Positions 60,466 to 64,000 of a DNA stretch of 64,000 bases are shown one piece after another. The translations under genes were made by a program, and so were the position numbers. The stretch is from positions 32,001-96,000 of the forward strand of contig CAVTBV010000009.1 in NCBI GenBank assembly GCA_963733095.1, read 5' to 3'. How positions within the stretch are numbered: position 1 is the first letter of the stretch; every line of letters starts with the position of its first letter. The notes under the pieces were generated by a model, which worked only from the letters and a program-made list of their open reading frames with translations, searched no databases and was not told the DNA's origin. The stretch is from Candidatus Bathyarchaeota archaeon. GTDB lineage: Archaea > Thermoproteota > Bathyarchaeia > Bathyarchaeales > Bathycorpusculaceae.

Positions 60466-61812
60466 TTAACGCAGTTTCATGAGTACCATTTCTGCTGCGA
60501 GGATCATGGGTTCCCATGTTTCGCAAAGTGGCGGTGCATAGGCTGTGTCGGCTTTGGCGAGTTCGCGGACGGTCATGCCTTTTTGTATGGCGAAGCTTAG
60601 GCAGTTTATGCGTTGGGTGACTTCTTCGCCCCCGATGACTTGTCCGCCTATGATGCGTTGAGATTCTTTTTCGACGACGAGTTTGACTTTGATGGGTTTG
60701 GCGCCTGGGAAATAGTCAGCTTTTGTCTTGCTCGAGATGGCTCCTACTACGACTTCGAGGCGGTTGCGTGCAGCAGCGGTTTCGGTTAAGCCAGTATTTC
60801 CTGCTTGAACATCAAATAGAATTGTAACTGCTGAGGCTAAGACGCCGCTGAACTGTGAGTAGTCGCCTCCTGCATTTGTGCCTGCAACCTTGCCCTGTCT
60901 AACTGCGATGGTGCCGAGTTGTGCGCACATGGGTCGGTGAGTGATGATGTTTGGGGCTTCAGCGCAGTCGCCGACGGCATAGACGTCTTTTATGTCGGTT
61001 TCCATTCTGCTGTTGGTTTTGATTGCGCGGCTCTCCCCCAACGGTATGCCTGCGTCAACCGCAAGCTTGGTGTTGGCGCGGACTCCAAAGGCGCTGATGA
61101 ATAGGTCGGCTTCGATTTTTTCGCCGCCAGCCATTATCGCGGTAACTTTGTTTTCGCCGAGGAATTCTTCGACACCTTTGCTTGTAAGGATGGTCATTCC
61201 TCTTTCTTGCAGGTGATCCTGCACTATCTTTGCCATGTCTGCGTCGAGCAGCTGGGGCAGTATCTGGGGGAGCATTTCAACGATGGTGACTTTTAGGCCT
61301 CGTTCCATTAAGCCAACGCCGACTTCTAAGCCGATTAAGCCTGCACCCATGATCACAGCGGATTTGGCGCCTGCTTTCACGGCGGCATCGATTTTTTCAC
61401 CGTCTTCGATACCTCGTAGGCTTAGGATGCCTGGTTTTTCTTTGCCTTTAATCGGCGGCATGAAGGAGTCGGCGCCCGTGGCAATCACGAGGCTGTCGTA
61501 GGGCAAAACTTCGGTGGTTCCTTCTTTTGTGGCAACGGTTACGGTTTTTTCTTTTGTATTTATTGCGGTTGCTTTGGTTTCGCTCCGTAAGGTAAGCTTG
61601 AGCATCTGGAAGTAGGCTGGTGGATAAACGATTAAATCATGAAAATTTGCTATGTGTCCGCCAATCACGAATGGTAAGCCGCATCGGGAGTAACCTGCGT
61701 TTTTCTCGTTAGTTATGAGGGTGATTTCGGCTGTGCGGTCTTTTTTGCGTGCAGCAGAGGCAGCTTCTACTCCTGCGGCGTTGGCGCCGATGATGATTAC
61801 GCGTCTAGCCAT
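60466..61812 (-). CDS. NADH oxidase / CoA-disulfide reductase family flavoprotein
   Basis: YSRCGLP single Cys, GAGLIG and YAPP motifs. Confidence 0.92.
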   Translation of the reverse strand: MARRVIIIGANAAGVEAASAARKKDRTAEITLITNEKNAGYSRCGLPFVIGGHIANFHDLIVYPPAYFQMLKLTLRSETKATAINTKEKTVTVATKEGTTEVLPYDSLVIATGADSFMPPIKGKEKPGILSLRGIEDGEKIDAAVKAGAKSAVIMGAGLIGLEVGVGLMERGLKVTIVEMLPQILPQLLDADMAKIVQDHLQERGMTILTSKGVEEFLGENKVTAIMAGGEKIEADLFISAFGVRANTKLAVDAGIPLGESRAIKTNSRMETDIKDVYAVGDCAEAPNIITHRPMCAQLGTIAVRQGKVAGTNAGGDYSQFSGVLASAVTILFDVQAGNTGLTETAAARNRLEVVVGAISSKTKADYFPGAKPIKVKLVVEKESQRIIGGQVIGGEEVTQRINCLSFAIQKGMTVRELAKADTAYAPPLCETWEPMILAAEMVLMKLR

Positions 61813-61823
61813 CTAACTCGCCT

Positions 61824-62240
61824 CTACTTGGATTGTGCTTGGGCTTTGTGCCACTCTACCGCTTTGTCGAAGTCCATAAGGTTAGCGAGTTCTGCTTGGA
61901 GGTTTAAGGGTTTAACCACGATTAGCCAGCCTTTGATGTAGGGGTCTTCGTTTAGGGTTTCAGGTTTAGATTGGACTTCTTCGTTGACCTCCTGGATGGT
62001 TCCGCTTACTGCAGCGACAAGGTCGGAGACGGCTTTAACGGATTCGAGTGTTCCGTATGGGTCGTTCTGTTTGACTTCTGTTCCGACGCTGGGTAATTCT
62101 GCATAGACGATTTCCCGCAGCGACTTCTGCGCATAGTCGGTAATGCCCATGCGGACTTTGTCACCTTCAACTTTTATCCATTCAAAATCTTTGGAAAAAT
62201 AGAGTCCTTCTGGAACTTCGTATGATTCAACTTTTACCAT
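61824..62240 (-). CDS. gcvH: Glycine cleavage system H protein
   Basis: GITDYAQ, ESVKA lipoyl-Lys and NEDPY..GW motifs. Confidence 0.95.
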   Translation of the reverse strand: MVKVESYEVPEGLYFSKDFEWIKVEGDKVRMGITDYAQKSLREIVYAELPSVGTEVKQNDPYGTLESVKAVSDLVAAVSGTIQEVNEEVQSKPETLNEDPYIKGWLIVVKPLNLQAELANLMDFDKAVEWHKAQAQSK

Positions 62241-62318
62241 TCACTTGAACCTTCTAAATTTAAACATGTACCCAAATTAGATTCAAGGATAAAAGGGTTT
62301 CAGAGGTGGAAAAAAGGT

Positions 62319-63404
62319 TTAGCGTTCGCGTTTGCCGGCTATCCACTCTTCCGTCCATTGTCTGGCTTGGGAGTCGGGGATTTGGATTGGCGGATGCTTA
62401 AACGCATACGAGGGCATACTCAAAAGGGCGCCCGCTATTTTGCGGTCTAAAGCGATTTTGGCTGCACGAATGAGGTCGATGACGACGCCTGCGCTGTTGG
62501 GTGAGTCTTCGACTTCGAGTTTGACACTGATGTTTAAGGGGCGGTCGCCAAATTTGCGGCCTTTAAGAGAGATGTAGCAGATTTTTTTGTTCTTCAGAAA
62601 AGGCACATAGTCGCTGGGACCAATCCTTGTAGGCAACGCATAGGGCACGAGGCTTGTGACTGCTTCAGTTTTGCTTATGCGTTTAGATTTGAGGCGGTTT
62701 TCCACCGTCATGTTCTGGAAGTCAGTGTCTCCCCCAAGGTTAAGCTGGTAAGTCTCATCCACAATGACTCCGCGATCAAGACACAGCCTGACTAGGTTGC
62801 GGTGCAGAATCGTTGCGCCCACTTGGCTTTTTATGTCATCGCCTAAAACGGGCAAACCTGCCTTCTCAAATTTAGCGGGCCACTCTTTTGTTGAGTCGGA
62901 GCCGATGAATTCTGGCATGCAGTTCACGAAGGCGCATCCTGCATCGATGGCGCATTGGGCATAATACCGCACTGCGTCGTGACTGCCGACGGGCAAGTAG
63001 TTGACGAGAACTTGGGTTTTGGTTTCTTTTAGAATTTTAACGATGCTGTCTTTGCTGGTTTGGCTATCGTCGTAGACGTTGAAGGTTTCGCGCATGTGGG
63101 GTGCAGCGCCGTCGAGGATGGGTGCAGGGGAAACTTTTACCCCGAGGTTGGGGACATCTGAGAATTTTTCGCAGCAATTCGGTTTAACCCATATAGCTTC
63201 GGAAAGGTCTTTGCCGATTTTGTCTTTGTTAACTTCAAAGGCGGCGACGAAGCGAATGTCGCGGATGTGGTAGCCGCCATAGTTCACGTGCATCAAGCCG
63301 GGAACAGTTGCATCTTCATTTGCGTCTTTGTAGTACTGGGTTCCTTGAACTAGGGCTGATGCGCTGTTGCCAACGCCGACTAATGATACACGAATTTCAG
63401 GCAC
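62319..63404 (-). CDS. ino1: myo-Inositol-1-phosphate synthase
   Basis: GVGN.ASAL, NYLPVGS, GDDIKSQVGAT and DSPNSAG motifs. Confidence 0.95.
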   Translation of the reverse strand: MPEIRVSLVGVGNSASALVQGTQYYKDANEDATVPGLMHVNYGGYHIRDIRFVAAFEVNKDKIGKDLSEAIWVKPNCCEKFSDVPNLGVKVSPAPILDGAAPHMRETFNVYDDSQTSKDSIVKILKETKTQVLVNYLPVGSHDAVRYYAQCAIDAGCAFVNCMPEFIGSDSTKEWPAKFEKAGLPVLGDDIKSQVGATILHRNLVRLCLDRGVIVDETYQLNLGGDTDFQNMTVENRLKSKRISKTEAVTSLVPYALPTRIGPSDYVPFLKNKKICYISLKGRKFGDRPLNISVKLEVEDSPNSAGVVIDLIRAAKIALDRKIAGALLSMPSYAFKHPPIQIPDSQARQWTEEWIAGKRER

Positions 63405-63696
63405 GATAGATAACCATCCAATGCAATGATTGTTTAGGCTTAATGTGTGTCTACGCTATAACTTTTTCTAAAGAAATGACCCTGTGGCAACTGGGAAGAA
63501 TATTTTGCTCCAGTTTTCAACAAACTGTTGACTGGAGAAGACGCCAATACAACCTATCCATTTCGGACCTTTTTAGCTACCCTCTTAGGTTTCAACATAA
63601 AACTTCCATTAGGCTCCAAATAAGCAAGCATTGCCTTCCGCCCTCTTTAGTTTCTGCAATGATTAACTGAAAGGATTCAGATAGGTTGGTTAACGC

Positions 63697-64000
63697 CTAT
63701 TCTACTTGTGAGGTTTCTGGTTGCGTAAAAGGCTCCGTCATGCCAACGAGAAGTTTGCCAAATAGGTTTATGTGGTCTTCTTCTTCAGCCAATATCTCCT
63801 CCAGCAGCCGCCTTGTGGTGTAGTCGCCCTCTTCCGCTGCCACCTGAATCGCCTGTTTGTAAAGGGTGATTGCTTTTTCTTCGTCCTGCTCGTTTTGCGT
63901 GAGCATCTCTATGAGGCTGCCTCGCACAAAAATTGGTTCAGGTTCGGTTGTAGCTATGCCGTTGAGGTAGTCTAAGCGTTCAGCTATGCGTTCAGCGTGT
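63697..64000 (-). CDS. Bacterioferritin/Dps-like ferritin protein; 5' end outside the window
   Basis: HAERIAERLDYLNG...EEKAI.LY...ILAEEEDH. Confidence 0.85.
   Translation of the reverse strand, partial: HAERIAERLDYLNGIATTEPEPIFVRGSLIEMLTQNEQDEEKAITLYKQAIQVAAEEGDYTTRRLLEEILAEEEDHINLFGKLLVGMTEPFTQPETSQVE

Overview
Archaeal chromosomal segment, most consistent with Bathyarchaeia (TACK). This assignment is inferred from the gene content: GGAGGTGA-type SD sites, TATA boxes, an archaeal initiator tRNA, PAC2, Zn-ferredoxin, a ribophorin-I-like protein, and membrane-anchored beta-propeller genes beside double Lrp/AsnC regulators. The window has three zones. (1) About 1-22 kb is an accessory, decaying region: secreted proteins sharing an upstream repeat next to a membrane-tethered wHTH regulator, an IS630 relic, tRNA 3'-end relics bracketing a DsbA/MFS cassette, two beta-propeller paralogs each followed by the same ~100-nt structured element, and an array of Em/GsiB-like (KGG) hydrophilins. 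(2) About 22-44.4 kb is a redox/metal/oxygen-stress cluster (flavodoxin, ferritin-like protein, HtrA, CopA, PDO, FprA, rubrerythrin, SOD, ferredoxins, disulfide reductase, Grx-FTR, Nth, Prx). (3) About 45-64 kb is housekeeping (tRNA-iMet, a C/D-box sRNA, hisGDCBHAFI, AmrS, CofE-like ligase, AcdA, RibK, Nox, GcvH, Ino1). The best novelty candidates are the duplicated structured element with bulge-helix-bulge geometry and the putative membrane-tethered-regulator/secreted-peptidase regulon. All family calls come from motif recognition by eye, not database searches. Several single-base indels could be assembly errors.
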